Positions 25,382 through 40,447 of a DNA stretch of 64,000 bases are shown here, piece after piece. The number at the start of each line of letters is the position of its first letter. The first letter of the stretch is position 1. The DNA lies in NCBI GenBank assembly GCA_951406725.2, contig OX597814.1:19778001-19842000 (forward strand), given 5' to 3'. The DNA is from Octopus vulgaris. Taxonomy: Eukaryota. The position numbers and the translations under genes are program-made. The notes beneath the pieces are model-generated. The model did no database searches and was not told where the DNA came from. It saw only the letters and a program-made list of their open reading frames with translations.

Positions 25382-28085
25382 CACAATGTTACAAATTTGT
25401 AACGAATCCATCCCCAGAGACGATCCCACTGGATCTCCGTCAGCTTTCGACGGAGATCTAATTTTGTTCGATCAAATGAAATAATTGCCCATTTAGTTAG
25501 CATTGTTGGTGGTTGGGTATCGTTACAAATGTTACAAATTTGTAACGAATCCATCCCCAGAGACGATCCCACTGGATCTCCGTCAGCTTTCGACGGAGAT
25601 CTAATTTTGTTCGATCAAATGAAGTAATTGCCCATTCAGTTAGCATTGTTGGTGGTTGGGTATCGTTACAAATGTTACAAATTTGTAACGAATCCATCCC
25701 CAGAGACGATCCCACTGGATCTCCGTCAGCTTTCGACGGAGATCTAATTTTGTTCGATCAAATGAAATAATTGCCCATTCAGTTAGCATTGTTGGTGGTT
25801 GGGTATCGTTACAAATGTTACAAATATGTAACGAATCCATCCCCAGAGACGATCCCACTGGATCTCCGTCAGCTTTCGACGGAGATCTAATTTTGTTCGA
25901 TCAAATGAAATAATTGCCCATTCAGTTAGCATTGTTGGTGGTTGGGTATCGTTACAAATGTTACAAATATGTAACGAATCCATCCCCAGAAACGATCCAC
26001 TGATCTCCGTCAGCTTTCGACGGAGATCTAATTTTGTTCGATCAAATGAAGTAATTGCCCATTCAGTTAGCATTGTTGGTGGTTGGGTATCGTTACAAAT
26101 GTTACAAATATGTAACGAATCCATCCCCAGAGACGATCCACTGGATCTCCGTCAGCTTTCGACGGAGATCTAATTTTGTTCGACCAAATGAAATAATTGC
26201 CCATTCAGTTAGCATTGTTGGTGGTTGGGTATCGTTACAAATGTTACAAATATGTAACGAATCCATCCCCAGAAACGATCCCACTGGATCTCCGTCAGCT
26301 TTCGACGGAGGTCTAATTTTGTTCGATCAAATGAAGTAATTGCCCATTCAGTTAGCATTGTTGGTGGTTGGGTATCGTTACAAATGTTACAAATATGTAA
26401 CGAATCCATCCCCAGAAACGATCCCACTGGATCTCCGTCAGCTTTCGACGGAGATCTAATTTTGTTCGATCAAATGAAATAATTGCCCATTCAGTTAGCA
26501 TTGTTGGTGGTTGGGTATCGTTACAAATGTTACAAATATGTAACGAATCCATCCCCAGAGACGATCCCACTGGATCTCCGTCAGCTGACGGAGATCTAAT
26601 TTTGTTCGATCAAATGAAATAATTGCCCATTCAGTTAGCATTGTTGGTGGTTGGGTATCGTTACAAATGTTACAAATATGTAACGAATCCATCCCCAGAA
26701 ACGATCCCACTGGATCTCCGTCAGCTTTCGACGGCGATCTAATTTTGTTCGATCAAATGAAATAATTGCCCATTCAGTTAGCATTGTTGGTGATTGGGTA
26801 TCGTTACAAATGTTACAAATATGTAACGAATCCATCCCCAGAAACGATCCACTGGATCTCCGTCAGCTTTCGACGGAGATCTAATTTTGTTCGATCAAAT
26901 GAAATAATTGCCCATTCAGTTAGCATTGTTGGTGGTTGGGTATCGTTACAAATGTTACAAATATGTAACGAATCCATCCCCAGAAACGATCCCACTGGAT
27001 CTCCGTCAGCTTTCGACGGAGGTCTAATTTTGTTCGATCAAATGAAATAATTGCCCATTCAGTTAGCATTGTTGGTGGTTGGGTATCGTTACAAATGTTA
27101 CAAATATGTAACGAATCCATCCCCAGAGACGATCCCACTGGATCTCCGTCAGCTTTCGACGGAGATCTAATTTTGTTCGATCAAATGAAATAATTGCCCA
27201 TTCAGTTAGCATTGTTGGTGGTTGGGTATCGTTACAAATGTTACAAATATGCAACGAATCCATCCCCAGAAACGATCCCACTGGATCTCCGTCAGCTTTC
27301 GACGGAGATCTAATTTTGTTCGATCAAATGAAATAATTGCCCATTCAGTTAGCATTGTTGGTGGTTGGGTATCGTTACAAATGTTACAAATATGTAACGA
27401 ATCCATCCCCAGAAACGATCCCACTGGATCTCCGTCAGCTTTCGACGGAGATCTAATTTTGTTCGATCAAATGAAATAATTGCCCATTCAGTTAGCATTG
27501 TTGGTGGTTGGGTATCGTTACAAATGTTACAAATATGTAACGAATCCATCCCCAGAAACGATCCCACTGGATCTCCGTCAGCTTTCGACGGAGATCTAAT
27601 TTTGTTCGATCAAATGAAATAATTGCCCATTCAGTTAGCATTGTTGGTGGTTGGGTATCGTTACAAATGTTACAAATATGTAACGAATCCATCCCCAGAG
27701 ACGATCCCACTGGATCTCCGTCAGCTTTCGACGGAGGTCTAATTTTGTTCGATCAAATGAAGTAATTGCCCATTCAGTTAGCATTGTTGGTGGTTGGGTA
27801 TCGTTACAAATGTTACAAATATGTAACGAATCCATCCCCAGAGATGATTACACTGGATCTCCGTCAGCTTTCGGCGGAGATCTAATTTTGTTCGATCAAA
27901 TGAAATAATTGCCCATTCAGTTAGCATTGTTGGTGGTTGGGTATCGTTACAAATGTTACAAATATGTAACGAATCCATCCCCAGAGATGATTACACTGGA
28001 TCTCCGTCAGCTTTCAACGGTGCTCTAATTTTGTTCGATCAAATGAATTACCTGCTCATTGAATTACCACGGTAGGCGGCTGAAT
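25382..28085. repeat. 143-bp tandem satellite, ~19 units
   Basis: Unit recurs every 143 bp (e.g. 25422, 25565, 25708), a few units with 1-3 bp deletions; the last unit decays into the flank. Confidence 0.97.
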
Positions 28086-28684
28086 ATCTCACAAACTCAT
28101 ATCTCCTAAAAGTAAATATCGGGTGTGACAATGCTAGACCTTTAAAACACAGGCACAATCCAACCGAGTACTACACAGTGGCCTCTACCCCAATTTCGCC
28201 CTGAAGATTTATAGCATAGAGCGCTGGTTCTCAACTGGGATCTGTATGGCACTTAGAGGTCCACATGATATTTTATTGTTAAAATGCATATGAAATAAAT
28301 TGGTTATACTTCCACAATACACAAAATATTATTAAAATTTTTTATAAGAAAAAAAAGGATAAAAGTTCCTAATAATAATATTTTTAATTATAAACTATCC
28401 TCTTTTAAACTTTTATCTGTTGCTTGTTTCAGTCATTAGACTGCGACCATGCTAGGACACAGCTTTGAAGAATTTTTAGTCGAATGTGTCGACCCTAGTA
28501 CTTATTTGTTTAAAACCTGATTTTATTTTATCGGTTTCTTTTGCCAAACCGTTAACAAAACAGCACCGGTCGTCAAGCAGTGGTGGGGGACAAACACAGA
28601 CACACACATACACACACAAACACATACATACATACATACATACATACATACATACATAATACTTTCATACATATATACAAAAAG

Positions 28685-29087
28685 TCGCAGGAGTGGCTGT
28701 GTCGTAAGTAGCTTGCTTACCAACAACATGGTTTCAGGTTCAGTCCCACTGCGTGGCACCTTGGGCAAGTGTCTTCTACTATAGCCTCGGGCCGACCAAA
28801 GCCTTGTGAGTGGATTTGGTAGACGGAAACTGAAAGACGTCCGTCGTATATATGTATATATATATATATGTATGCGTGTGTATATGTTTGTGTGTCTGTG
28901 TTTGTTCCCCCAACATCGCTTGACAACCAATGCTGGTGTGTTTACGTCCCCGTAACTTAGCGGTTCGGCAAAAGAAACCAATAGATTAAGTACTAGGCTT
29001 ACAAGGGATAAGTCCTGGGGTTGATTTGCTCGACTAAAGGCGGTGCTCCAGCATGGCTACAGTCAAATGAGTGAAACAAGTAAAAGA
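28685..29087 (+). mobile_element. SINE family B, nested between halves of an oppositely oriented copy (28405-28620 and 29195-29345)
   Basis: Full + copy; rc 3' half to its left and rc head to its right. Confidence 0.82.
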
Positions 29088-29162
29088 CTATACATACATA
29101 CATGCATGCATACATACATACATACATACATACATACATACATACATACATACATACATACA

Positions 29163-29196
<34 letters not shown>

Positions 29197-29732
29197 CACG
29201 CGACGGGCTTCTTTCTACCAAATCCACTCACAAGGCTTTGGTCGGTCTGTAGCTATAATAGAAGACACTTGACGAAGGAGCCATGCAGTGGATGAATCCT
29301 GAGCCATGTGGTTGGGAAGAAGCTTCTTACCACACAGCCACGCCTTAGATTTTGTTAAAGAGCGAAGGGCTACGATCATCCACCCAAGTAAATAGGAATC
29401 AATGGTTGAGAACAACTGGCTTAAAGTTTCAAGAACATGCGTGGAAAAGAGAGTACAGAGAGACAGTTAAAGTGAATACATTTTGGCTTGAGAAGCAAAT
29501 TCCACCGTGGTCGACTACACCTTTCATTCTTTCGAGGTCGATAAATTAAGTAGCAATTTCGTACTAGGGTCGATCTAATCGACTGGCCCCTTCCCCAAAG
29601 ACTTTTGGGCTTTGTGCCTAAAGTAGAAAAGAATATATACATTACACGCGCGTGTACACAGACACACAAACACACACACAAACCGAGAAACAAACATGCA
29701 TACATAGATATATATATATATATATATATATA

Positions 29733-30102
29733 CTAGCAGTATCGCCCGGCGTTGCTCGGGTTTGTAAGGGAAATAACTATAAAACATTTTTAGAGAGTTA
29801 TAGCCAAAAAATGGAAAAAAAATGATGGTAAATTTTTTTTTTAGTTAAAAAGGTCGAGTTGCGTCCCCTAGACAGTCTGTGGTTTGTGTTTCTGATTCTC
29901 GACCCCATGTCGAATTTATCGATGTTTTTCAGAACTGGGGGAACTTTTCAAAATTTTCGCTGTGTTAGTTTTGAATTATGACATTGGGCTATGTGTGTGT
30001 CAAGTTTCATCAGAATCGATTGAAAGCCGTGGTCAGGGTGAGGGTACAACCTAACAGACACACAGAAACACACACAGACAAACTGCCGTTTATATATATA
30101 GA
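29733..30102 (-). mobile_element. non-autonomous Helitron
   Basis: rc begins A|TC and ends CCCGAGC-AAC-GCCGGG hairpin...CTAG|T; no TSD. Confidence 0.8.
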
Positions 30103-30126
30103 TATATATATATATATATATATATA

Positions 30127-30361
30127 CAGGGTAGCCCTAAAGTAGGTTTACAGTTATCATGTATGCACTTAAAATTTTTTTAAAGCATTTTATTAGAATT
30201 AAATTTCTGTCTTACAAGCTGAAAAGGGAGCTTGAAAAAATTAACTAAATTAGCATGGAATAACGGTTTCGTACATTTTTTATTATTAAAATCTAAAATG
30301 TTGATATACGAATGCGAAAGAGATAGCTGAATAACTGTAAACCTACTTTTGGGCCACCCTG
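30127..30361. mobile_element. Tc1/mariner-type MITE
   Basis: TIR CAGGGTAGCCCTAAAGTAGGTTTACAGTTA / TAACTGTAAACCTACTTTTGGGCCACCCTG, TA flanks; partial inverted copy at 35588-35741. Confidence 0.87.
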
Positions 30362-30572
30362 TATGTATCTATACAACTACAAGTGAGAAGAATGAGGTGA
30401 TCAAGTCGAGGTTACATTTGTTTCATTTGGATTCAATCTTGTCAATCTTGCCATATTATACAATAATATATACTATTATTGATTAGTTTGGAAGTGCCAT
30501 TGACATTATACATATCCAAATGAAATTATATTCACCCCATTATAATGTAGATATGTTTGTGTTTAGATAGAA

Positions 30573-30652
<80 letters not shown>

Positions 30653-30654
30653 GT

Positions 30655-30830
30655 AGATAAGTTTCTTTATTGGCCACACAGGGCTGCACACAGATGGGAC
30701 AAGTTACAAGGTAGAGCTTTTCTTTTGGGGGATGAAAAAAAAACAAAAAAGAAAAGAAACAAAAAAGAAGGTGGCGTAGGTTTTCGATCAAAAGGGATCG
30801 TAAAAGGGAAAAAGAAGAACAAAAAAATAT
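30655..30830 (-). mobile_element. 3' end of a non-LTR element embedded in (GATA)n
   Basis: rc of 11520-11715; GATA repeats on both sides. Confidence 0.65.
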
Positions 30831-30839
30831 TTTTAAAAA

Positions 30840-30916
<77 letters not shown>

Positions 30917-31333
30917 AAGATAGATAGATAGATAGATAGATGTGACAATTGGTTGGTTGTCATAATAAAACACTGAGTTTCGGATACCGGGGCTGAAGTC
31001 TGCTCCGGCATCTCATAAGTTATTAAGACAAAACGCTATGGGGAAAAAAACCGTTGAATAAAGGGATATTACTCCAATAGGCGTGGTGAAAGTAATACTT
31101 CATTCATAGAATCCGAATTTGCACAGATATACACACACATATATGTAAACTCACACACACACACAAATGTATGTATATATATCTATATACATACTCACAC
31201 ACGAGCGTACATATACATACAAATACATAAAGCTCTAAAAGATAGTGGAAGTAACCTACACACCTGTCATAAGTAAAGTAATATTACATAATGTCGAGGT
31301 CTCATTCATTCTTTTGTTGTCATATTATTAATA

Positions 31334-31389
<56 letters not shown>

Positions 31390-31394
31390 CGGGG

Positions 31395-31805
31395 GTGTGG
31401 TAAGTAGCTTGCTTACCAACAACATGGTTCCGGGTTCAGTCCCACTGCGTGGCACCTTAGGCAAGTGTCTCTCTACTATAGCCTCGGGCAGACCAAAGCC
31501 TTGTGAGTGGATTTGGTAGACGAAAACTGAAAGAAGCCCGTCGTATATATGTATATATATATATATATGTGTATGTGTGTGTGTGTGTGTGTGTGTGTTT
31601 GTGTGTCTGCGTTTGTCCCCTCAACATTGCTTGACAACCGATGCTGGTGTGTTTACGTCCCCGTAACTTAGCGGTTCGGAAAAAGAGACCGATAGGATAA
31701 GTACTAGGCTTACAAAGAATAAGTCCTGGGGTCGATTTACGCGACTAAAGGCGTTGCTCCAGCACGGCCACAGTCAAATAACTAAAACAAATAAAAGAAA
31801 TAAAA
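31395..31805 (+). mobile_element. SINE family B
   Basis: Matches 20250-20668. Confidence 0.88.
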
Positions 31806-31808
31806 GAG

Positions 31809-31923
<115 letters not shown>

Positions 31924-31952
31924 TATATAATATATATATATAAATATATATG

Positions 31953-32033
<81 letters not shown>

Positions 32034-32469
32034 TATATTTTTCGTTCACCTTTCTGCCTAAAATATTCTGCTCTTTCATAGTTGTGTAAGCTTGCGTGCA
32101 AAATTGAGTAAATGCTTTTACGTGTAATAAAAAGACAAAAGCTCACATGCATGAACGAATACTTTTATGCGTTTGCATATGTATGTGTGTGTGTGTGGAT
32201 CTCTGTAACCATCTGTGTATGTGGTTGCATATATGATTCTTGGAGTCCAATTCTTCTTCTTCTTTATCTTTGCGTGTTTTTGCTAGCTTCTATCTTGAAG
32301 GTGGGAGTTTAGTCTAAATGTCGTTAAACGGTTATATTCCTATCTGATTAAGAACATTTACACTTCTTTCTTCATTAATTTTTTTTTCTCACCAACTGAA
32401 CAGTTTATCTAATGCTTCTCGCCCAAAGAAATCACTATATCACCGTATTTTTCTGTCGAGATTATATTC

Positions 32470-32565
<96 letters not shown>

Positions 32566-33035
32566 AATGTACGCACGTGTGTGTTTGTATATCTATGCAT
32601 ATACGTACACATGTATATTTATATATCAAAACACACACACAAATATATATGTGCACGCATACACAAACATGTGGGCATACACATATATGATGCAAATTTT
32701 CTTTCGCTTTTTTGAATAAAGATAGAGGGGGAACCCCCACAAACAAACGATAACTGAATACTTACATATATATCAGTGTATGCACATATGTATGGACGTA
32801 TATCAATACTTATCTATCACTACCCGCTTCTGTTGCTATCACCCTCCCTCTATCTCTCTGCATACGTATATATGTATGTGTGTATAAGCGTGTTTGTGTG
32901 TGTCTATGTGTGTGTGTGTGCGTGTGTATCTATTTATTTCTTGTTTACACGTATGGATAAATATATATCTATTTGTCTATTAATCTATGTATATCAAAAT
33001 CTTTCTCCCACTGTCTATTTCTCTCACGCACACTC

Positions 33036-33098
<63 letters not shown>

Positions 33099-33150
33099 TA
33101 TATACTATATTTATAAATATATCTATATACTTTTTGTTATACGCACATAC

Positions 33151-33185
<35 letters not shown>

Positions 33186-33552
33186 CACACACATGTACAT
33201 TAATATGAGGAATATTAGATAAAAACGTTTAACATTGCAAATAATAATGAATTCAAACATTTTAATACGAAAAGTTATACTATGTATAAAACAACTCTAT
33301 AAATATACAAGAACAACAAAACATGGAAAGCGTATCATTGTTTTCTATTTTTTCTAGTTTCACTTTCATTTTCCATAATATATTTTAGTTCAACCACAGA
33401 ACTTCTGTTCTGCGCTAAAACAAGCGTAACAATGAATAGCTTCAGTCACATATTTAAAGCCCAACTTTTTCGAATTTTCTTTTCCTTCTGTATTTATATG
33501 TCATGTGAGTGTGTAAGTGCGTGTGTGTGTATATGTGTGTATATGTATGTGC

Positions 33553-33682
<130 letters not shown>

Positions 33683-33878
33683 GAATGTATGTATGTAGCT
33701 ATTATACATATATATCAACATATATATGTGTATGATTGTATACATATTATATATATATATATATATACCAACATATATATATATATACAAACATACACAT
33801 ATATATGCATACAAATACACATATATATATATATTATATATACATATATTTGTGTTTGCGCATGTAAACACATATATT

Positions 33879-33944
<66 letters not shown>

Positions 33945-34675
33945 GAATTCAAACATATTTATATATACAAGTATGTATGCGTGTATGGGAGTGTGGATGG
34001 ATGGATGTTTGTGCATGTGTGTGTTTGTGTGCCTGGGTGTATTTGTGTACGTCCGATTTCTTTCTTTCATTATTCATTGTTTTGTTTTTGTTGTGGTTTT
34101 TGTCAAAATATATTTTTTTTCGTTTTCAATTTTTGACGTTCTTTTACATTTTGATTTTCTTCAAAATGTTTTTTGAGCGCTATTTAGTTTTTTAAATTTA
34201 TAACGTTTTGCCAAAGAATTATATTATTTATCGGAGAAGGGAAATATACTAAAATAATGCAAATATAAAAAAAATAAAAAATTCTTTTGCATTCGTATTT
34301 TTTGTTTCTCGTTGCTTTCATCATCATCATCCCCATCATCATCATCATCATCATCATTGTTTTTTCTTATTTTTACAGATTTTTCTCGTGTGTTTTGTTG
34401 TTTATCATGTCCTCTTTGAAAAACTTACTTTCTCTCTCCGTTATCTTTTCAACATGATGCTTGTTTAATGTAGTAAGAAAAATTATATTTGATATCCGTG
34501 TCATGTAAGCGATGTAATTTTAATAAGAATAAGACAAAAAAAAAAACTGAAGTAAAACGCAAGTAACAAAAAAAAAATATGTGACAGACGAAATATAACC
34601 AAAAGAACAAGAAAAAGTAGAAAAAACAATAACGAAATAAATTTGTGTATGTATGTATGTATATATAATATATAT

Positions 34676-34755
<80 letters not shown>

Positions 34756-34862
34756 ATATACATGTATTTATATATATATATATATATCTGTATATATATA
34801 TATACATATATATGTGTATATATATACATATATATGAATATATATATATGCATATATATATA

Positions 34863-34929
<67 letters not shown>

Positions 34930-35090
34930 ATACATATATGTGTTTGTGTGTGTGTGTGTGTTAACTCTACAACGATAACAAGCAAAATGAAAATTAATGT
35001 AAACTAAAACAGAACTATTTCTTCTTGGTTCTTTAAGCAAAGTAGAAGCATTGCTTGAAACGTAAATAATTTATACGTTAGACATATGCA

Positions 35091-35180
<90 letters not shown>

Positions 35181-35455
35181 TGTGTGCATGTATGTTTGTA
35201 TTGTATGTCTCCTGTATCTCAGTGGGAGTGAGATGATCTACGTATAAATAATATGTATACAAACGTAGGTGTATACGTTTGCGTTTGAGTGTTGTGTGGG
35301 TGTTTGTTCATGGTGTATGTGTGAGTGATAAGATTATCACACGTAAAGACGCGTATGCATTCAATAATATTCACCCACAAACAAACACGCCCACACCCGA
35401 ATGTTCATACATGTATACATGTGTGCGTTTATACAAGTATAAATATGTAAGTATA

Positions 35456-35571
<116 letters not shown>

Positions 35572-35587
35572 GTTGTATAGATACATA

Positions 35588-35740
35588 CAGGGTGGCCCAA
35601 GAGTAGGCTTACAGTTATTCAGCTATCTCTTTCGCATTCGTATATCAACAGTTTAGATTTTAATAATAAAAAATGTACGAAACCGTTATTCCATGCTAAT
35701 TTAGTTAATTTTTTCAAGCTCCCTTTTCAGCTTGTAAGAC

Positions 35741-35741
<1 letters not shown>
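35588..35741. mobile_element. truncated MITE copy
   Basis: rc of the right part of 30127-30361. Confidence 0.8.
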
Positions 35742-35835
<94 letters not shown>

Positions 35836-36180
35836 ACAGGTGAGATGTTCAGTATAGAAAACACGAAGTTGCGCTCAAATGATTTCAACTTGCATTCCAA
35901 AGTTTTTATCGAGGACTAAGTCCACGGGGTAAAGAGTGGCTATAAGAGGGACCCAGGCGAGCTGATATAGAGGTAGTTATGCAGATGAATGCGATTTAGA
36001 TTCATCTAATAAATATACATACAGATACACAAGTAGATGTACCAATTACTACTGGTATCGCCTCAACTCTCCTCTTTGGCCACACCCTTCGTAGTGTCGA
36101 CTTCAAATCGTCGTAGTTGTTTATTTTTTCTTCTTTTACATTGATCCTGACGTTACAGACCCACGCTATGTCGATTATCT

Positions 36181-36555
36181 CTTTTACTCTTTACTCTTTT
36201 GACTGTAGCCATGCTGGAGCACCGCCTTTAATCGAGACTTATTCTTTGTAAGCCCAGTACTTATTCTATCGGTCTCTTTTGCCGAACCGCTAAGTGACGG
36301 GGACATAAACACACCAGCATCGGTTGTCAAGCAATGCTAGGGGGACAAACACAGACACACAAACATACACGCACATACATATATATATATACATATATAC
36401 GACGGGCTTCTTTCAGTTTCCGTCTACTAAATCCACTCACAAGGCTTTGGTGGGCCCGAGGCTATAGTAGAAGACACTTGCCCAAGGTGCCACGCAGTGG
36501 GACTGAACCCGGAACCATGTGGTTGGTAAGCAAGCTACTTACCACACAGCCACTC
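36181..36555 (-). mobile_element. SINE family B
   Basis: rc of the family sequence. Confidence 0.88.
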
Positions 36556-36812
36556 TGTTCTTTCATTTTTATTCATCACAACAATGCCCGGCTTCCGATG
36601 TCTGGTCAGATGATAGCAATGGACGATTGCATTCCACGGGATTTTGCAATTCTCATTCTCACGTACTCCTTCAAGGGTTTGCTTATACCACGTCTTTGCT
36701 CTTTGTAGGCCGAGATTTACGGAGCTCCCAATGGATCATTCTTTCCCCCATTGTCATGGCGCCATTTGTATACGCGTGTACCAATTTCGAGCATTCGCTA
36801 ACGATGTGCTAT

Positions 36813-37049
36813 ACCTATTTCTTTATTACCCACAAGGGGCTAAACACAGCGGGGACAAACAAGGACAGACATAGGTATTAAGTCGATTACATCGACCCCA
36901 GTGCGTAACTGGTACTTAATTTATCGACCCCGAAAGGATGAAAGGCAAAGTCGACCGCGGCGGAATTTGAACTCACAACGTAACGCAGACGAAATACCGC
37001 TAAGCATTTCGCCCGGCGTGCTAACGTTTCTGCCAGCTCGCCGCCTTTA
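36813..37049 (-). mobile_element. SINE family C
   Basis: rc of 6237-6469. Confidence 0.88.
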
Positions 37050-37399
37050 AAGACAAATACAGACGATGTGCTATTCCGTTTCACCCCTCTCACCACACAT
37101 TCTGCATTTGTAGTGTTGTTTGTTAACATAGTTGGTCATTAATGCTTGTTCCTGAGCTGCACATATGAATGCTTCTTTCTCTATCTTCAGGTCACCCCTC
37201 CTCAACCATAGCCACCTCTGTATCTGTCTTAACGTTCACGTCTATTGCAAGCTGACTGTCATTTTCCTTCCATGCATTTTCTATTTCGTGTTCATTTCAT
37301 TTAAACATTTTTCTTTCATTCACAATTTTCGATTTGATGACGCCGGCCTCCTTCGTATACTTGAACAATGGCTCCACAGCATTTTTTATTTACCACACT

Positions 37400-37745
37400 A
37401 AGCTGTTTTCCTCTGCTTCGATACAGTCCTAGTAACTGATCAAACCTCTCCCACTCTTTCTTCTGGGCAAGTACAGCTTATAGGTGTCATCTTAGGGTGG
37501 AAGGTTCCGTGTACTGTCAACATTTTTCTGGTCTTTATTTCCATTTTCATTACTTTTCTCTTTTGCCAATTTATAATACCCGCTCCATGCCGAAGTGATG
37601 CTACCGCCCACGTATTAGCTGCTTGGATTTTATTCCATCCAATCAATTTTGAGCGCAACACCAACCTTAGTCTTTGGAAATACTCCATCCTTCTCTATTA
37701 TCTCGTTGAAATCTAGTACACCGAGGTTATTTGTAGCCTTCCGTT
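37400..37745 (-). mobile_element. R4/Dong-like LINE fragment (post-RT region)
   Basis: EYFQRLRLVLRSKLIGWNKIQAANTWAVASLRHGAGIINW...KTRKMLTVHGTFHPK resembles R4-clade ORFs. Confidence 0.75.
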
Positions 37746-37754
37746 TTAATTTTA

Positions 37755-37804
<50 letters not shown>

Positions 37805-37808
37805 GATG

Positions 37809-37854
<46 letters not shown>

Positions 37855-37856
<2 letters not shown>

Positions 37857-38135
37857 TGGGTGGTTCTTTCAACATCCTTAAACAACCCTTATTCAGGAAC
37901 CTTTTGAGCGGGATGGGCTAATCAACCTGAAGAAAATTCTAACTGGGCCCCACCTGCAAGGTCATGCGCTGTTTACCTTGATATGAGATCACCATGTCGC
38001 GCACATATGGTTGTGATGCATGTGCCTGGTGTACCCTTATCAGACGGGTAGTCATGATGGGTATATTGGGCTTCGTATATTTTACCCCAGTGTCACTTTG
38101 ATGGCATGCACTGCTCTCTCACTCAATAATAATAA
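37855..38135 (+). mobile_element. probable LINE 3' end inserted in (TAA)n
   Basis: Complex sequence bounded by TAA repeats and ending CACTCAATAATAATAAT; family not assigned with certainty. Confidence 0.5.
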
Positions 38136-38382
38136 TATATAAAGGATTGAAGTAACTCCTCCCAAAGATATAGTCAAAATTAAAAGAAGAGTTTCATTGT
38201 TATCTAGTGATTTTTTTTTTGGTTAATATATAAAGGATTGCTTTTTGGGTTTTTTGCGAGGGTGCTTTTTTAAAGTAGATTGACAAATTTATATTTTGAA
38301 CCAGTTGAAGACACACAAGATGTCGAAATATCGGTCACTAGATAACAATGGTACTCTTCTTTTAATTTTACTATTATTATTA

Positions 38383-38428
<46 letters not shown>

Positions 38429-38429
38429 T

Positions 38430-38539
<110 letters not shown>

Positions 38540-38569
38540 CATCATCATCATTATTACTACTACTACTGT

Positions 38570-38992
38570 GAGAGCTCATGGCCTAGTGGTTAAGGCGTTG
38601 CACTCACGATAGTGAATCGGGTTTCAGTTCCTAGACCGGGTGGTGCATTGTGTTCTTAAGCAAATCACTTCATCTCCCGTTACTCTACGATCACCTCGAC
38701 GCTTGACGCGTGGTACACCGGACACCTGTTCAGGTAACGGTCGTTCGGCAAAATGCTGAACACCCATACATCATCTTCGACGCGAAAGTCAATAATTCTG
38801 GCAGAATCCTTAGCACGCCTGGCAAAATACTCGATGGCTTTTCGCCCGTCTTTACGTTCTGAGGTCGAATTCCGCCGAGGTCGGCTTTGCCTTTCATTCT
38901 ATCGGGGTCGTTAAAATAAATACTAGTTGAGCACTGGGATCGGTGTTTTGACTTACCCCCTACCCGAACTTGCTGGCCTTGTGCCAAAATTG
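38570..38992 (+). mobile_element. tRNA-headed SINE fragment followed by a diverged SINE family C copy
   Basis: TGGCCTAGTGGTTAAGG A-box-like head at ~38580; family C core at ~38860-38930. Confidence 0.65.
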
Positions 38993-39448
38993 GAAATTAC
39001 TTCTACTAAATAATTTGGAACGACCATGCAGAAACCTTGGTCGAATTTTGGTGAATACATTTTTGGAGTTAGGTTGTGATCATTTAGCGGCGAGATTTGG
39101 TGTGATTCACGGTAATATACTATTCCTTCTATTTTATATATCATTATTGGTTATGTAATTAAATTTCGCCGAGAAAGCTTTATAGAATATATTGGACAGG
39201 TGATGAAATGTTAATCTACGCAGATTATTTTACGATTTCCTCATGTACAAAAACAGAAAAGATGCAACTTATATTGAGTAGTTTAATAAGCTATGTGTAT
39301 TTGGTTATTAAATGCTTCGATATAGGAATGATGCCGCGTAGCGTGTTCCTACCTATGCTGTTCATACCTATGTGTATGTTTGTTTCTAAATATGTGTGTG
39401 TGTCTAAATATGTATGTATGTGCCTATATGAGTGTGTGTTAGTGTATA

Positions 39449-39857
39449 CTCTTTTACTCTTTTACTTGTTTCAGTCATTTGACTGCGGCCATGCTGGAGC
39501 CCCGCCTTTAGTCGAGCAAATCGACCCCGAGACTTATTCTTTGTAAGCCCAGTACTTATTCCATCGGTCTCTTTTGCCGAACCGCTAAGTGACGGGGACG
39601 TAAATACACCAGCATCGGTTGTCAAGCAATGCTAGGGGGACAAACACACACACACACAAGCACACACACATACACACATATATATATATATATACATATA
39701 TACAACAGGCTTCTTTCAGTTTCCGTCTACCAAATCCACTCACAAGGCATTGGTCGACCCGGGGCTATAGCAGAAGACACTTGCCCAAGATGCTACGCAG
39801 TGGGACTGAACCCGAAACCATGTGGTTTGTTAGCAAGCTACTTACCACACAGCCACT
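39449..39857 (-). mobile_element. SINE family B
   Basis: rc of the family sequence. Confidence 0.88.
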
Positions 39858-40154
39858 GTATGTATGTATGCTTGTATGTATGTAATATGAATAATATATA
39901 AATATATGCATATATACATACATATATGTACATAACTACATATATATGTATATATACATGCATATATGGGTACAGGGCATCAAAAAAACGTTGAACACAA
40001 TGAGAAACGAAAACATAAAAACAAACAAATTGAAACGAACTTTTTTCAAACAATGAAATGTATGTATGTATGTATGTATGTATGTATGTATGTATGTATG
40101 TATGTATGTATGTATGTATGTATGTATGTATAAATATCAACCTATATTTATGTG

Positions 40155-40255
<101 letters not shown>

Positions 40256-40391
40256 GTGTTCTGTTTATGGGTTATAAATTTAAATAATCCTGTTAATAGT
40301 ACTACAATAAGTATTTTTATTATTATTATCTCCATCATCATCATCATCATCACCACCACCACCATCATCATCATCATCATTATTATTATTA

Positions 40392-40447
<56 letters not shown>

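Noticed and set aside
25382-28085. CRISPR array or tandem small-protein genes
   Set aside because: Units are identical end to end with no unique spacers, the context is eukaryotic, and 143 is not a multiple of 3, so the ORFs are repeat translations.
36560-36800. mariner transposase remnant (HHNNARLP)
   Set aside because: Similarity too short and decayed to support without a search.
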